Shown piece by piece: positions 1-9,869 of a stretch of 56,239 nt of DNA. The stretch is taken from NCBI GenBank assembly GCA_902541435.1, contig CACBQR010000001.1, positions 1 to 56,239 of the forward strand, written 5' to 3'. Source of the stretch: an uncultured Alphaproteobacteria bacterium (GTDB lineage Bacteria; Pseudomonadota; Alphaproteobacteria; HIMB59; GCA-002718135). A model generated the notes under the pieces. That model did not search any database and was not told the DNA's origin. It saw only the letters and a list, made by a program, of their open reading frames with translations. The position numbers and the translations under genes are program-made. How positions within the stretch are numbered: position 1 is the first letter of the stretch; the number at the start of each line of letters is the position of its first letter.

Positions 1-1
1 T

Positions 2-271
2 GAAAAAGGCTCTATTACTTTTGCAATGAACAAAGAAATTAAAAAGGGAATATTTCCCGTTAAGCCCTTGAAACCAACTGGAGCCGGTGATGCATTTATG
101 GGATCATTAATTGGATCAATTTTAAAGACTAATAATTTAGAAAAATCTATAGAAATAGGTTCAGCCGCAGCAGCTATTGTAGTAACAAAAGTTGGTTGTG
201 CGCCAGCAATGCCAAATTTAAATGAAATTTTAGAATTTATGAAATATAATAAAATTAATGAAGGAGAATAA
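2..271 (+). CDS. iolC: PfkB/ribokinase-family sugar kinase, C-terminal fragment (IolC-like 5-dehydro-2-deoxygluconokinase); 5' end lies outside the window
   Basis: Frame is open from base 2 with no upstream stop. Contains the C-terminal PfkB signature TGAGDAFMG. Overlaps the start of the iolB-like gene by 14 nt. Confidence 0.7.
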   Translation, partial: EKGSITFAMNKEIKKGIFPVKPLKPTGAGDAFMGSLIGSILKTNNLEKSIEIGSAAAAIVVTKVGCAPAMPNLNEILEFMKYNKINEGE

Positions 272-1115
272 TATGCATATTCCACCATTTGATAATAAAA
301 ACAAGCCAATTGTAGATATTGAAGACAGTAGAGTTCCTTTAAATTATTTTAACATAGTAAAATTAAATAAAGATCAATCTTTTGAATATCAAACACCTGG
401 TTATGAAACATGCATAGTTCCTGCTACTGGAACAATTAATGTAGAAATTGAAGGAATAAAAGTTGAGTCATTAGGCACTAGAACAGTTGATGTGTGGGAT
501 GGAGAGCCAGAAGGTGTTTATGTGCCCTCTAATACAAAAGCTCAATTTACATCTTTAGTAGATAATTCAGAAATTTTTATTGCTGGGGCAAAGTATGATA
601 AAACTCTTGAACCATTTGCTGTTAGAACAAATGAAATTGATTTAGTGCAGTACGGTTCTGATGATACAAAAACTCATAGAAAAATTAAACATATTTTAGG
701 TGCTAAGCATCATGATAAAGTTGGAAGATTGCTTTGTAATGAACTTTATACTGTAGGGCAGGGAGGTTGGTCGGGGTTTCCGCCTCATAAGCATGATACA
801 GATCGTCTACCTGATGAAACTAGGCATGATGAAACATATAATTACAGATTTAAACCTAATAATGGATTTGGTTTTCAGATGTTTCAGCAAGTTGATGATA
901 AAGTTGGTAAAGCTGAACATATAATTGATGGGTCGACCATTATGATTAGAACAGGCTATCATCCATGTGTCGTAGCACCTGGGTATGAGATGTATTATTT
1001 TACAATTCTTGGAGGACTGTCTCAAAGATCTCTTGTCCAATTTTTTCAACCTGAGCACGCATATCAAGTAGAAACAATTCCAGGAATTAAGGATATGATT
1101 GCTAAATATAAATAA
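258..1115 (+). CDS. iolB: 5-deoxy-glucuronate isomerase
   Basis: 285 aa. The GFPPHKHD...DETYNYRF...GYHP pattern and the length are typical of IolB. Flanked by an iolC-like kinase and a class II aldolase. Confidence 0.8.
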   Translation: MKENNMHIPPFDNKNKPIVDIEDSRVPLNYFNIVKLNKDQSFEYQTPGYETCIVPATGTINVEIEGIKVESLGTRTVDVWDGEPEGVYVPSNTKAQFTSLVDNSEIFIAGAKYDKTLEPFAVRTNEIDLVQYGSDDTKTHRKIKHILGAKHHDKVGRLLCNELYTVGQGGWSGFPPHKHDTDRLPDETRHDETYNYRFKPNNGFGFQMFQQVDDKVGKAEHIIDGSTIMIRTGYHPCVVAPGYEMYYFTILGGLSQRSLVQFFQPEHAYQVETIPGIKDMIAKYK

Positions 1116-1946
1116 ATGACAGCAGTAAATTTAAAAAAAATTTTAAATGATGCAAATAAAAATAATTATGCAGTAGCAGGTTTAGTTGTACTAGGCTGGG
1201 ATGACGCCTTAGCTTTTACACAAGCCGCTGATGAAACTGGAATTCCAATTATATTACAAGCTGGTCCTTCATGCAGAGCGCACACGCCAATTCCAATATT
1301 AGGAAAAATGTTTAGATACTTAGCGAGTCAAACAAAAACGAACATTTGTTGTCATGTTGATCATGGATACACTCTAGATGAATGTTATGAAGGGATTGAT
1401 AGTGGCTTTACATCTGTAATGTTTGATGGTTCTAAATTAACTTTAAAAGAAAATATAAAAATTAGTAAAAAAATTGCTTCAAGAGCTCACAAATATAATA
1501 TTTCTATTGAGGGAGAAATAGGTTTTGTAGGTTATGATAATGGTAAAATTTCAGAAGGTACTAATATTGAAGATGCAGTAACTTTTGCAAACAAAAGTAA
1601 TATTGATGCAATGGCAATTTCCGTTGGAAATACACATTTACAAACTTCAAAAAAAGCTAGTATTGATTTCAACAAAATTAATTTAATTGAAGCAAAAACA
1701 AAAATCCCTTTAGTTCTTCATGGTAGTAGTGGAATTCCCGTAGAGCAAAGAAAAAAACTAGCAAGAAAAACAAAAGTAGCAAAACTAAATATTGGCACTG
1801 AAATTAGAATGACATTTGGGGAAGCCTTGAGAAAAAATCTCAAAAATAATCCTAAAACTTATGATAGATTGCAATTACTAAAACCGACGATTAAAGATTT
1901 AACAAAAGTTACAAAAAAAATTATAAAACAAATTGGCCCAAATTAA
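1116..1946 (+). CDS. Class II (metal-dependent) ketose-bisphosphate aldolase family protein; IolJ-like 6-phospho-5-dehydro-2-deoxy-D-gluconate aldolase candidate
   Basis: 276 aa. Has the HVDHG metal-site motif and the LVLHGSSG motif of class II FBA/tagatose-bisphosphate aldolases. Starts 1 nt after the iolB stop. Confidence 0.7.
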   Translation: MTAVNLKKILNDANKNNYAVAGLVVLGWDDALAFTQAADETGIPIILQAGPSCRAHTPIPILGKMFRYLASQTKTNICCHVDHGYTLDECYEGIDSGFTSVMFDGSKLTLKENIKISKKIASRAHKYNISIEGEIGFVGYDNGKISEGTNIEDAVTFANKSNIDAMAISVGNTHLQTSKKASIDFNKINLIEAKTKIPLVLHGSSGIPVEQRKKLARKTKVAKLNIGTEIRMTFGEALRKNLKNNPKTYDRLQLLKPTIKDLTKVTKKIIKQIGPN

Positions 1947-2476
1947 TGGGACAAATCTTTATTGCAGCACTTAAAGAAGAAACTCCAAATCTTAAAGATT
2001 TCCACTATTCAGGTGTGGGAAAGATTAATGCTACAATCAAAATTATGGAATTAATTTCAAAATTTCAACCTAATGAAATAATCAATTATGGAACAGCTGG
2101 TTCAATAAAGCAAAACTTATCAGGATTAGTAGAATGCACGAAGTTTGTTCAAAGAGATATGGATGCTAGAGGTCTAATGAACTTTAAATTAGGGGAAACT
2201 CCTTTTGATCCAATATCAAAAATTACATATTCTAATGAGGGGTATATATGTGCATCAGGAGATAGTTTTGTTCAATCATCAGTAGAAATAGATTGTGATA
2301 TTGTTGATATGGAAGCTTACTCTTTTGCTAAAGTATGCAAATTATATAATATTAGATTTAAATGTTTTAAATATATTTCTGATTATGCAAATGAAAATTC
2401 AAATAATGATTGGATTGATAACTGTTCAAAAGGAGCTAAATTGTTTTCTGAAATATATCCTCAATTAAAAATATGA
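1946..2476 (+). CDS. PNP/UDP-1 fold nucleosidase (short MTA/SAH-nucleosidase-like protein)
   Basis: 176 aa. YGTAGS and DMEAYSFAKVC motifs resemble Pfs/MtnN-type nucleoside phosphorylase-fold enzymes. TAATG overlap with the upstream gene. Confidence 0.55.
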   Translation: MGQIFIAALKEETPNLKDFHYSGVGKINATIKIMELISKFQPNEIINYGTAGSIKQNLSGLVECTKFVQRDMDARGLMNFKLGETPFDPISKITYSNEGYICASGDSFVQSSVEIDCDIVDMEAYSFAKVCKLYNIRFKCFKYISDYANENSNNDWIDNCSKGAKLFSEIYPQLKI

Positions 2477-2889
2477 TTTTAAAAATACTTGAAAAATTAG
2501 GAAGAAAAAAGATTGTATTGGACAGAGGTCCATCGCATCCAGAATTTCATAAGGCCAAACCATGGATGGAAAGATATTATTTGTTATTTAGAAAAAGACC
2601 CAAATGGTTTCCATTTAATATCTTAATTCATAAAATGTTAGATGATGATCATGGTGAAGGAGTTCATAATCATCTTTGTCCTTATATAACAATTATTTTA
2701 AAAGGTGGTTATTGGGAAACTACTAATAAAGGTAAATTTTGGAGACCACCAGGTTACATTGGTTTTAGATCAGCAGATCATTTACATAGAGTTGATTTAA
2801 AACCAAATACAAATACCATGACATTATTTATTCCTGGTCCTTTTGGGCTTAGAAAAACTAAAAGAGCTGATTATAAAACAAAAATTTAG
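2473..2889 (+). CDS. Hypothetical His-rich protein (possible small cupin-like metal-binding protein)
   Basis: 138 aa. Histidine clusters DDDHGEGVHNH and ADHLHRV. ATGA overlap with the nucleosidase-like gene. I recognise no family with confidence. Confidence 0.5.
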   Translation: MILKILEKLGRKKIVLDRGPSHPEFHKAKPWMERYYLLFRKRPKWFPFNILIHKMLDDDHGEGVHNHLCPYITIILKGGYWETTNKGKFWRPPGYIGFRSADHLHRVDLKPNTNTMTLFIPGPFGLRKTKRADYKTKI

Positions 2890-2902
2890 CTATCTATATA
2901 AT

Positions 2903-3637
2903 TTAAATTACTCCGTCGTATATTAATTTACATCCACTCAAAAAAAGCAAAATATAAACAATATTAAAAAATAATTTTTCTGGAATTCTTTTTTGCACAA
3001 AGTAACCAATTAAAACACTAATAAAAGCTAGTGGAAGTAAATAGAGAGAGATCATAAGATTTGAAGGTGCTAATAATCCAACGTAATAATACGGAACCAA
3101 TTTGACAAGATTTATAACCATAAATGCCAATGTCATTGTTCCAATAAATGAAATTTTATCTAACTTTAAAGGAAGCATATAAAAGTTAATAGGTGGATTG
3201 CCTGCATGAATTAAAAAACTTGTATATCCAGCAACAGATGACCAAAAGTATCCTTTAAGTTTTGTTGGTTTAAGTAAATAATTATTTTTCTGAATAAATG
3301 AAACTAGAACAAAAATAATTGATATAACACCAACCATTATTCTTATCTGATCTTCGTTTGTAAACTCAAAAGTTAAAGTTCCAAATAAAATACCAATTAT
3401 AGATGCTGGGATTACAATTTTTAAAATACTGTTTATCCATTTTTTCCAATACAAATAGATTGCTGAAAAATCCATTATTATTAAAAGTGGCAACAATATT
3501 CCCGCAGCTTGCAAAGGACTCATTGAAAACGACATAACTGGCACTGCTAGCATCGCGATAGGTCCTGGAACACCGCCTTTAGATAAACCAAATACAAAAA
3601 CTCCCAATGATGCAAAAATATAAAAATATAAATCCAT
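2903..3637 (-). CDS. TauE/SafE (DUF81) family anion-exporter membrane protein
   Basis: 244 aa and polytopic. Gly-rich first helix and overall layout typical of the TauE/SafE family. Confidence 0.7.
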   Translation of the reverse strand: MDLYFYIFASLGVFVFGLSKGGVPGPIAMLAVPVMSFSMSPLQAAGILLPLLIIMDFSAIYLYWKKWINSILKIVIPASIIGILFGTLTFEFTNEDQIRIMVGVISIIFVLVSFIQKNNYLLKPTKLKGYFWSSVAGYTSFLIHAGNPPINFYMLPLKLDKISFIGTMTLAFMVINLVKLVPYYYVGLLAPSNLMISLYLLPLAFISVLIGYFVQKRIPEKLFFNIVYILLFLSGCKLIYDGVI

Positions 3638-4798
3638 TTAATTTAAAATTTTTAATGCATTTTTAATATCTTTTATTTGATCATCAATGTCTTCCAATCC
3701 GCAATATAATCTAATTAAAGTTCCAGTATTTCTATTTTTAAACTCTCTTTTATCTAATGGAGGAAAGGTAATGAGACTATCAAATCCACCCCAACTGTAT
3801 CCCAATTTGAATATTTTAAGTTTATTAAAAAATTTTTCAATTTGATTTTTTGAGTATTTCTTTTTCATCATAAATGAAAATAAGCCTGTGCTACCAGAGA
3901 AATCTCTTTTCCATATTTTATGATTTTTTGTATGCGGTAATGCAGGATGGAAAACATCAGATACAAGATCATGTTCTAATAAATATTTTGCTATTAATAA
4001 TGCATTTTTTTCAATTTCTCTCATTCGAATTTCAAGTGTTGGCAACCCTCTAATTGCTAAATAAACTTCTTCAGAACCAGGACATATGCCTAAAGTTTTT
4101 GAAGTTGATCTTATTTTTTTGGAATATTTTTTATTAGACGAAACGAAACCAATTAATACATCCGAGTGACCATTTATATATTTAGTTCCTGCATCTATAA
4201 TAATATCAATACCTAATTTAATTGGATTACAAAATAAAGGTGAAGCCCAAGTATTATCCATAACAGTTGGTATTTTCCTTTTTTTAGCAATTTTTGTAAT
4301 GAAAGGTATATCAATAATATCAAAAGTTGCTGTTCCAGGTGATTCTAAATAAATTAGCTTTGTTTTACTGTTAATTAATTTTTGAAAATTATTAATATTT
4401 TTTGTTGGATGAAAATATTTTATTTTTACATTATATTGTTTAAGAATATTTTCACAAAAAGTTCTTGTTGGGCTGTAGACACTATCATTAATTAAAACTT
4501 CATCTCCAGATTTTAATATAGCAAAAAAAGGAATTATTATTGAAGCAAGTCCAGAAGGAGACAAGACAGTATCATTACAATGATATAATTCTGATATACT
4601 ATCTTCTAATTGTTTATGAAAAGGATTTTGATTAATTCCATAAAATGTTCTTCTATCATCTGCATTTTTAATATCATTTAAATAGTCCTGATAACTATTA
4701 AAAATCATAGTTGATCCTTTATAGGTACCAGGATTGATAAAACCTTTTTGTTTGAGTGGATTTCTTCCTATCTTAGTAAGCTTTGTTTTAATTTTCAC
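3638..4798 (-). CDS. metC: Cystathionine beta-lyase (Cys/Met-metabolism PLP-dependent enzyme)
   Basis: 386 aa. N-terminal TKLTKIGRNP...GFINPGTYKGSTMIF pattern and the PLP-lysine context DAGTKYINGHSD are typical of MetC. Confidence 0.75.
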   Translation of the reverse strand: MKIKTKLTKIGRNPLKQKGFINPGTYKGSTMIFNSYQDYLNDIKNADDRRTFYGINQNPFHKQLEDSISELYHCNDTVLSPSGLASIIIPFFAILKSGDEVLINDSVYSPTRTFCENILKQYNVKIKYFHPTKNINNFQKLINSKTKLIYLESPGTATFDIIDIPFITKIAKKRKIPTVMDNTWASPLFCNPIKLGIDIIIDAGTKYINGHSDVLIGFVSSNKKYSKKIRSTSKTLGICPGSEEVYLAIRGLPTLEIRMREIEKNALLIAKYLLEHDLVSDVFHPALPHTKNHKIWKRDFSGSTGLFSFMMKKKYSKNQIEKFFNKLKIFKLGYSWGGFDSLITFPPLDKREFKNRNTGTLIRLYCGLEDIDDQIKDIKNALKILN

Positions 4799-4954
4799 TA
4801 TATCTATATCTAGTATATTATTAATATTTAAACACTAATTGTAGAAAAATATTAAAATACAAAATGTATCATTTGGATTAGCTTATAAATTTGGTATAGG
4901 GAAGCAATCTTTGAAAAAAGATATTTAAATAATTATTTAAACGGAGAAAATAAT

Positions 4955-5959
4955 ATGAAAAAATTACTATCTATTTTCGCAGTTTTAGCTTTTGCATTTT
5001 CTGCAAATGCTGGAACTTTAGATGATGTAAAAAATAGAGGTTTTCTTAAATGTGGTGTAACCACTGGTCTTATTGGTTTCGCAGCACCTGATGATGCTGG
5101 AAACTGGGCTGGTTTTGACGTAGACGTATGTCGTGCAGTTGCAGCAGCAATTTTTGGAGACTCAAGCAAAGTTGAATTTACAACTACAACTGGTAAATCA
5201 CGTTTCCCAACTTTAGCGTCTGGTGAAATTGATATGCTTGCAAGAAACACTACTTGGACTTTAAGCCGTGATGTTAATCTTGGTTTTGAGTTTGTTGGTG
5301 TAAACTACTATGACGGACAAGGCTTCATGATTCCATCTGCTTTAGGTGTTGATGATGCAACAGGTCTTGATGGTGCTACAGTTTGTATTCAAACAGGAAC
5401 TACTACTGAGTTAAACTTAGCAGATTTCTTCAGAGCTAATGGTATTGGTTATGAAGCACTTCCAATCGAAACAAATGATGAAGCAAGAGAAAACTTATTT
5501 GCAGGTAGATGTGATGTATACACTACTGATGCATCAGGTCTTTCTGCTACAAGAGCACAAGCTGATGATCCAGATAAATGGGTTGTTCTACCAAATATCA
5601 TTTCAAAAGAACCTCTTGGACCACTTGTAAGACATGGTGATCACCAGTGGGGTGATGTTGTGCGTTGGTCTCTAAATACTCTTATCATCGCAGAAGAGTT
5701 AGGAATTAATTCTTCAAATGTTGATGATATGAAGAGTTCCAATATTCCTGAAGTGCTTAGGGTACTAGGAGTTGAAGGTGGTTACGGTGAAATGTTAGAA
5801 TTAAGCAATGATTTTGCTTATAATATCATTAAACAAGTTGGTAACTATTCAGAGTCTTTTGATAGAAATATCGGACCTGATACACCTCTTGGAATTGGCA
5901 GAAATCTAAACGCATTATGGACTGATGGAGGTATTTTATACGCTCCACCATTTAGATAG
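4955..5959 (+). CDS. aapJ: General L-amino-acid ABC transporter, periplasmic substrate-binding protein (AapJ/YhdW type)
   Basis: 334 aa. Signal peptide MKKLLSIFAVLAFAFSANA. Family 3 SBP pattern (LKCGV..., GFDVDVCRAVA). GGAGA Shine-Dalgarno 8 nt upstream. Followed by two permeases and an ATPase. Confidence 0.85.
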   Translation: MKKLLSIFAVLAFAFSANAGTLDDVKNRGFLKCGVTTGLIGFAAPDDAGNWAGFDVDVCRAVAAAIFGDSSKVEFTTTTGKSRFPTLASGEIDMLARNTTWTLSRDVNLGFEFVGVNYYDGQGFMIPSALGVDDATGLDGATVCIQTGTTTELNLADFFRANGIGYEALPIETNDEARENLFAGRCDVYTTDASGLSATRAQADDPDKWVVLPNIISKEPLGPLVRHGDHQWGDVVRWSLNTLIIAEELGINSSNVDDMKSSNIPEVLRVLGVEGGYGEMLELSNDFAYNIIKQVGNYSESFDRNIGPDTPLGIGRNLNALWTDGGILYAPPFR

Positions 5960-5987
5960 AAACTAAATAGTTTTTAATATAATAAAT

Positions 5988-6017
5988 GGGGGGATGAAAA
6001 TCCCCCCAATTTTTTTT
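5988..6017 (+). terminator. Intrinsic terminator/attenuator between the binding-protein gene and the permease genes
   Basis: GGGGGGA (5988-5994) pairs with TCCCCCC (6001-6007) around a 6-nt loop. A run of eight T follows at 6010-6017. The GC-rich hairpin stands out in AT-rich DNA. Confidence 0.75.
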
Positions 6018-6024
6018 AGTAGAA

Positions 6025-7182
6025 ATGCAAAATAATTTATTTCAAGATCAAAAATTTAGAGGTATTTTATATCAAACTCTTGTTGTTGGTTTTTTTGCAT
6101 TAGGTTTATATTTTGTAATTAATACAACTGCTTACAATCTTGAAAAGAGAAATATTGCAACAGGATTTAGTTTCTTAAATAACCCGGCTGGGTTTGATAT
6201 TAGTTTTTCCCCCTTTCTTGATTTTAAGTCAACAGATACTCATTTAAAAGTTTATTTTGTTGGAGTTTTAAACACACTTTTAGTTTCTTTTTGTGGGTGT
6301 ATAGCTGCAACAATTCTAGGTTTTATAGTTGGTATTATAAGACTATCTTCTAATTGGCTCTTAAGTAGAATTGCTTATATTTATGTTGAGTTTACTAGAA
6401 ATACACCTTTGCTTCTTCAAATTATATTATGGTATGCAATTTTAATTCAATTACCAAGAATAAAACAAGCCCCACAGATTTGGGAAACATTTTATATTTC
6501 AAATAGAGGATTATTTGGACCAAAACCTATATTTCTTGACGGTTCAAACATTGTTATACTTAGTCTTGTCTTAGGCTTTATTATAAGTTTTTTTATAGCT
6601 AGATGGGCCAAGAAAAGACAAGACACTACTGGTCAACAGTTTCCAACTTTTACAACTAACTTAAGTATAATAGTTTTTTTACCTTTAGTTGTATTTTTTA
6701 TCATGGGATCTCCTATAACTTTAGAATATCCAGTTTTAAAAGGTTTTAATTTTAAAGGAGGCGCAGTTATTAGACCTGAATTTATAGCAATGTTTCTCGC
6801 CTTATCAATTTACACTGCAGCTTTTATTTCTGAAACAGTAAGATCTGGAATTTTATCTGTTACTAAAGGACAAAGAGAAGCTTCTGGAGCATTAGGATTG
6901 AAAAAAAATTGGATTATGAGATTAATTATTATTCCTCAAGCATTAAGAGTAATAGTACCACCTTTAACAAGTCAGTATCTAAATTTAACAAAAAATTCTT
7001 CATTAGGAATTGCTGTTGGATATGCAGATCTTGTACATGGCTTTGGTGGAATTAGTTTAAACCAAACGGGTCAAGCTATTGAATGTATGGCTATAACTAT
7101 GGCAACTTATTTACTAATAAGTTTAACTATTTCTTTTTTTATGAACATTTATAACAGAAGCATTCAATTTAAGGAAAAATAA
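6025..7182 (+). CDS. aapQ: Amino-acid ABC transporter permease (AapQ/YhdX type)
   Basis: 385 aa and polytopic. EAA-like loop (REASGALGLKKNWIMRLIIIPQALR) of the His/Glu/Gln/Arg permease family. Confidence 0.85.
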   Translation: MQNNLFQDQKFRGILYQTLVVGFFALGLYFVINTTAYNLEKRNIATGFSFLNNPAGFDISFSPFLDFKSTDTHLKVYFVGVLNTLLVSFCGCIAATILGFIVGIIRLSSNWLLSRIAYIYVEFTRNTPLLLQIILWYAILIQLPRIKQAPQIWETFYISNRGLFGPKPIFLDGSNIVILSLVLGFIISFFIARWAKKRQDTTGQQFPTFTTNLSIIVFLPLVVFFIMGSPITLEYPVLKGFNFKGGAVIRPEFIAMFLALSIYTAAFISETVRSGILSVTKGQREASGALGLKKNWIMRLIIIPQALRVIVPPLTSQYLNLTKNSSLGIAVGYADLVHGFGGISLNQTGQAIECMAITMATYLLISLTISFFMNIYNRSIQFKEK

Positions 7183-8324
7183 TGGAAAATAATTCAAATT
7201 TTGAAACAAGGAAACCACCTGTTGCAACAACTGGTATTCTTGGCTGGTGTAGACAACATTTATTTTCAAATTGGGTAAATTCATTTATTACACTTCTTGT
7301 CATATATTTTCTATATCAATTAATACCTTGGTTTTTAGATTGGTCTGTATTTAGTGCAGATTTTTGGACAAATTATAAAGGAGAATTAATCGTTGATAGA
7401 ACGTTTTGTTCTAGAGTAGCTGATCCTGAAGGTGATCATGGGGCATGTTGGGCAATTATTATTGTACGTTTTTATCAATTTATGTATGGATTTTATCCAC
7501 CAGAACAAGTTTGGAGAGTTAACTTAACATATTTCCTTCTTGTAATTGCTCTACTTCCTTTGTTGATAGAAAAAATCCCTGGAAGAAAACACTTAATTAA
7601 ATTTACTATCGCCTTTCCAATAGTAGCGTTTATATTGCTTTATGGAGGATTTGGATTTCAAATTATTCCTACTAATAAATGGGGAGGTTTATTAGTAACT
7701 CTTGTTCTTGGTGTATTCGGCATTGCTATAGCTTTCCCATTAGGTATTTTACTTGCACTTGGTAGAAGATCTCAGTTACCTGTAATAAGTATGTTTTGTA
7801 CTTTGTTTATAGAATTTATAAGAGGTGTTCCATTAATTACACTTCTTTTTTTTGGTATGGTAATGCTTCCTTTGTTTTTACCGGAAGGTTTAAATTTAGA
7901 TGGATTGGTGAGAGTACTTGTTGCTGTAACATTATTTCAAGCTGCTTATATGGCTGAAGTTATTCGTGGAGGCTTACAAGCAATTCCAAGGGGTCAATAT
8001 GAAGCTGCTCAATCAGTTGGATTGAGTTATTGGCAAATGAATAGAAAAATTATACTTCCCCAAGCTATTAGAATTTCAATACCATCTATTGTAAATACTT
8101 CTATTGGATTGTTTAAAGATACAACTCTAGTAATTATTATTGGTTTACTTGATTTACTTGGAATAGGAAGAGGGGCATTAGCTGATGCTACTTGGATGGG
8201 TTTATCCAATGAAGTTTACGTCTTTGTTGCATTAGTTTTTTTTATTTTCACTTTTTCAATGTCCAGATATAGTTTGTATTTGGAAAAGAAACTAAAAACA
8301 GGTATTAATATGGGAGCAGATTAA
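7182..8324 (+). CDS. aapM: Amino-acid ABC transporter permease (AapM/YhdY type)
   Basis: 380 aa. EAA loop ([25 protein letters not shown]). 1-nt overlap with aapQ. Confidence 0.85.
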   Translation: MENNSNFETRKPPVATTGILGWCRQHLFSNWVNSFITLLVIYFLYQLIPWFLDWSVFSADFWTNYKGELIVDRTFCSRVADPEGDHGACWAIIIVRFYQFMYGFYPPEQVWRVNLTYFLLVIALLPLLIEKIPGRKHLIKFTIAFPIVAFILLYGGFGFQIIPTNKWGGLLVTLVLGVFGIAIAFPLGILLALGRRSQLPVISMFCTLFIEFIRGVPLITLLFFGMVMLPLFLPEGLNLDGLVRVLVAVTLFQAAYMAEVIRGGLQAIPRGQYEAAQSVGLSYWQMNRKIILPQAIRISIPSIVNTSIGLFKDTTLVIIIGLLDLLGIGRGALADATWMGLSNEVYVFVALVFFIFTFSMSRYSLYLEKKLKTGINMGAD

Positions 8325-8326
8325 TT

Positions 8327-9070
8327 ATGTCAGAAAATTCAATAATTTCATTACAAAATGTTAATAAATGGTTTGGTGATTTCCAAGTTCTAAAAGATGT
8401 GAATTTAGAGGTAAAAAAGAAAGAAAGAATAGTTGTCTGTGGTCCTTCAGGATCAGGTAAATCAACAATGATAAGATGCATTAATCGATTAGAAGAACAT
8501 CAAGAAGGCAAAATTGTCGTAGATGGAATTGAGCTTACAGGTAATCTAAAAAATATTGATAGTGTTAGAAAAGAAGTAGGTATGGTATTTCAACAGTTTA
8601 ACTTGTTTCCTCATTTATCTGTAAAAGAAAACATAACATTAGCTCCAATCTGGGTAAAAAAAATGCCTAAAGCTGAAGCAGAAGAGCTCGCAATGAAACA
8701 ATTAGAGATTGTTAAGATACCAGAGCAAGCAAATAAATATCCCGGTCAACTATCTGGAGGCCAGCAACAAAGAGTGGCTATTGCAAGATCCCTTGCAATG
8801 AACCCTAACATTATGCTTTTTGATGAGCCAACCTCAGCTCTAGATCCTGAAATGATCAAAGAAGTTTTAGATGTTATGGTTGATTTAGCTGAAGGTGGAA
8901 TGACTATGATCGTTGTAACACACGAAATGGGTTTTGCTAAAACAGTTGCTGATAGAATGGTGTTTATGGATGAAGGAAAAATTGTTGAGGAAGCTAGCCC
9001 AGATAAGTTTTTTAATAATCCAGAGAGTGATCGCACAAAGTTATTTTTAAGTCAGATTCTTCATCAGTAA
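8327..9070 (+). CDS. aapP: Amino-acid ABC transporter ATP-binding protein
   Basis: 247 aa. Walker [10 protein letters not shown], signature LSGGQQQR, Walker [12 protein letters not shown]. Confidence 0.9.
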   Translation: MSENSIISLQNVNKWFGDFQVLKDVNLEVKKKERIVVCGPSGSGKSTMIRCINRLEEHQEGKIVVDGIELTGNLKNIDSVRKEVGMVFQQFNLFPHLSVKENITLAPIWVKKMPKAEAEELAMKQLEIVKIPEQANKYPGQLSGGQQQRVAIARSLAMNPNIMLFDEPTSALDPEMIKEVLDVMVDLAEGGMTMIVVTHEMGFAKTVADRMVFMDEGKIVEEASPDKFFNNPESDRTKLFLSQILHQ

Positions 9071-9071
9071 T

Positions 9072-9773
9072 TTAAGAAGATAACAATAAATTAACTCTTC
9101 TATTCATTTTACCTTTGTTTTCTATTTTGCCAATTTGAATTTTACCAATCTCATTAGTTGATTTCACATGTGTACCACCACATGGTTGTAAATCAATATC
9201 ACCAATTCTAATTAATCTTATTTTACCATCTACTTGCGGAGGTTTTACTGACATAGTTCTGACTAGCTCAGGTTTTTCCTCCAATATACTACTTTCAATT
9301 ACTTCACTAGTAACGGTATGATTATCTTCAACCAACAAATTTATTTTTTCTTCCAATTCTTCTTTATTTATTTGTTTATCTGGATCATTAAAATCTAATC
9401 GACTTTTTTCATAACCAATTTGACCACCAGTTACTCCTAAAGGGACTATAGAACACAACAAGTGCAGTGCAGTATGCATTCTCATATGCTTGTATCGTAA
9501 ATCCCAATTTATTTTTCCAATTATATCAACATTCTCTTCAAGATCTTTGAGATCATCTACAATATTTATTATTTTATTATTTTCTTTAATAGTATCTAAA
9601 ACTTGTATTTTTATACTTTCAGCTTCTATTGCACCTGTGTCCCCAGGTTGACCACCACTTTTTGCATAAAATGCTGTCTTATCTAACTCAATACGATTTT
9701 CTTCTTTTACAATACCTATAATTTTTGCTCTAAATTCTTTAAGATATGCATTATCTTCGAATAATTTTGTCAT
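9072..9773 (-). CDS. alaX: Alanyl-tRNA editing protein (AlaX; AlaRS/ThrRS second-additional-domain family)
   Basis: 233 aa. Zinc motifs HTALHLL and CGGTH are characteristic of the AlaX/AlaRS editing domain. Confidence 0.75.
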   Translation of the reverse strand: MTKLFEDNAYLKEFRAKIIGIVKEENRIELDKTAFYAKSGGQPGDTGAIEAESIKIQVLDTIKENNKIINIVDDLKDLEENVDIIGKINWDLRYKHMRMHTALHLLCSIVPLGVTGGQIGYEKSRLDFNDPDKQINKEELEEKINLLVEDNHTVTSEVIESSILEEKPELVRTMSVKPPQVDGKIRLIRIGDIDLQPCGGTHVKSTNEIGKIQIGKIENKGKMNRRVNLLLSS

Positions 9774-9835
9774 AGCGTTTTTTAACAGTATTTTAAAAAT
9801 ATTATATTGACTTTTTTCTCATTCTGAATAAATTA

Positions 9836-9850
9836 GAACAAAAGTAGAAC
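9836..9850 (+). promoter_or_regulatory. Alphaproteobacterial-type LexA (SOS) box, GAAC-N7-GAAC
   Basis: GAACaaaagtaGAAC with exact 7-nt spacing, 62 nt upstream of the umuD ATG. It lies just downstream of a possible sigma70 promoter: TTGACT at 9807-9812, 16-nt spacer, TAAATT at 9829-9834. The promoter call is weak in AT-rich DNA. Confidence 0.65.
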
Positions 9851-9869
9851 AAATAATTTTATAAATAAT

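Noticed and set aside
4931-4941. 11-mer AATTATTTAAA upstream of aapJ that matches part of the 31-nt repeat
   Set aside because: An all-A/T 11-mer is expected about once by chance in a window of this size and composition. It is not evidence for a third copy.
4933-5250. 105-aa minus-strand ORF antisense to the aapJ-like gene
   Set aside because: It lies entirely inside a strongly supported sense gene. Its Ala/Pro/Ser/Val-rich low-complexity translation is the typical shadow of a relatively GC-richer gene. It has no Shine-Dalgarno or family resemblance.
9826-9829. Possible third LexA half-site (GAAT) upstream of the GAAC-N7-GAAC box
   Set aside because: Its spacing to the next GAAC is 6 nt, not 7, and the half-site is degenerate. 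There is not enough to call a triple repeat.
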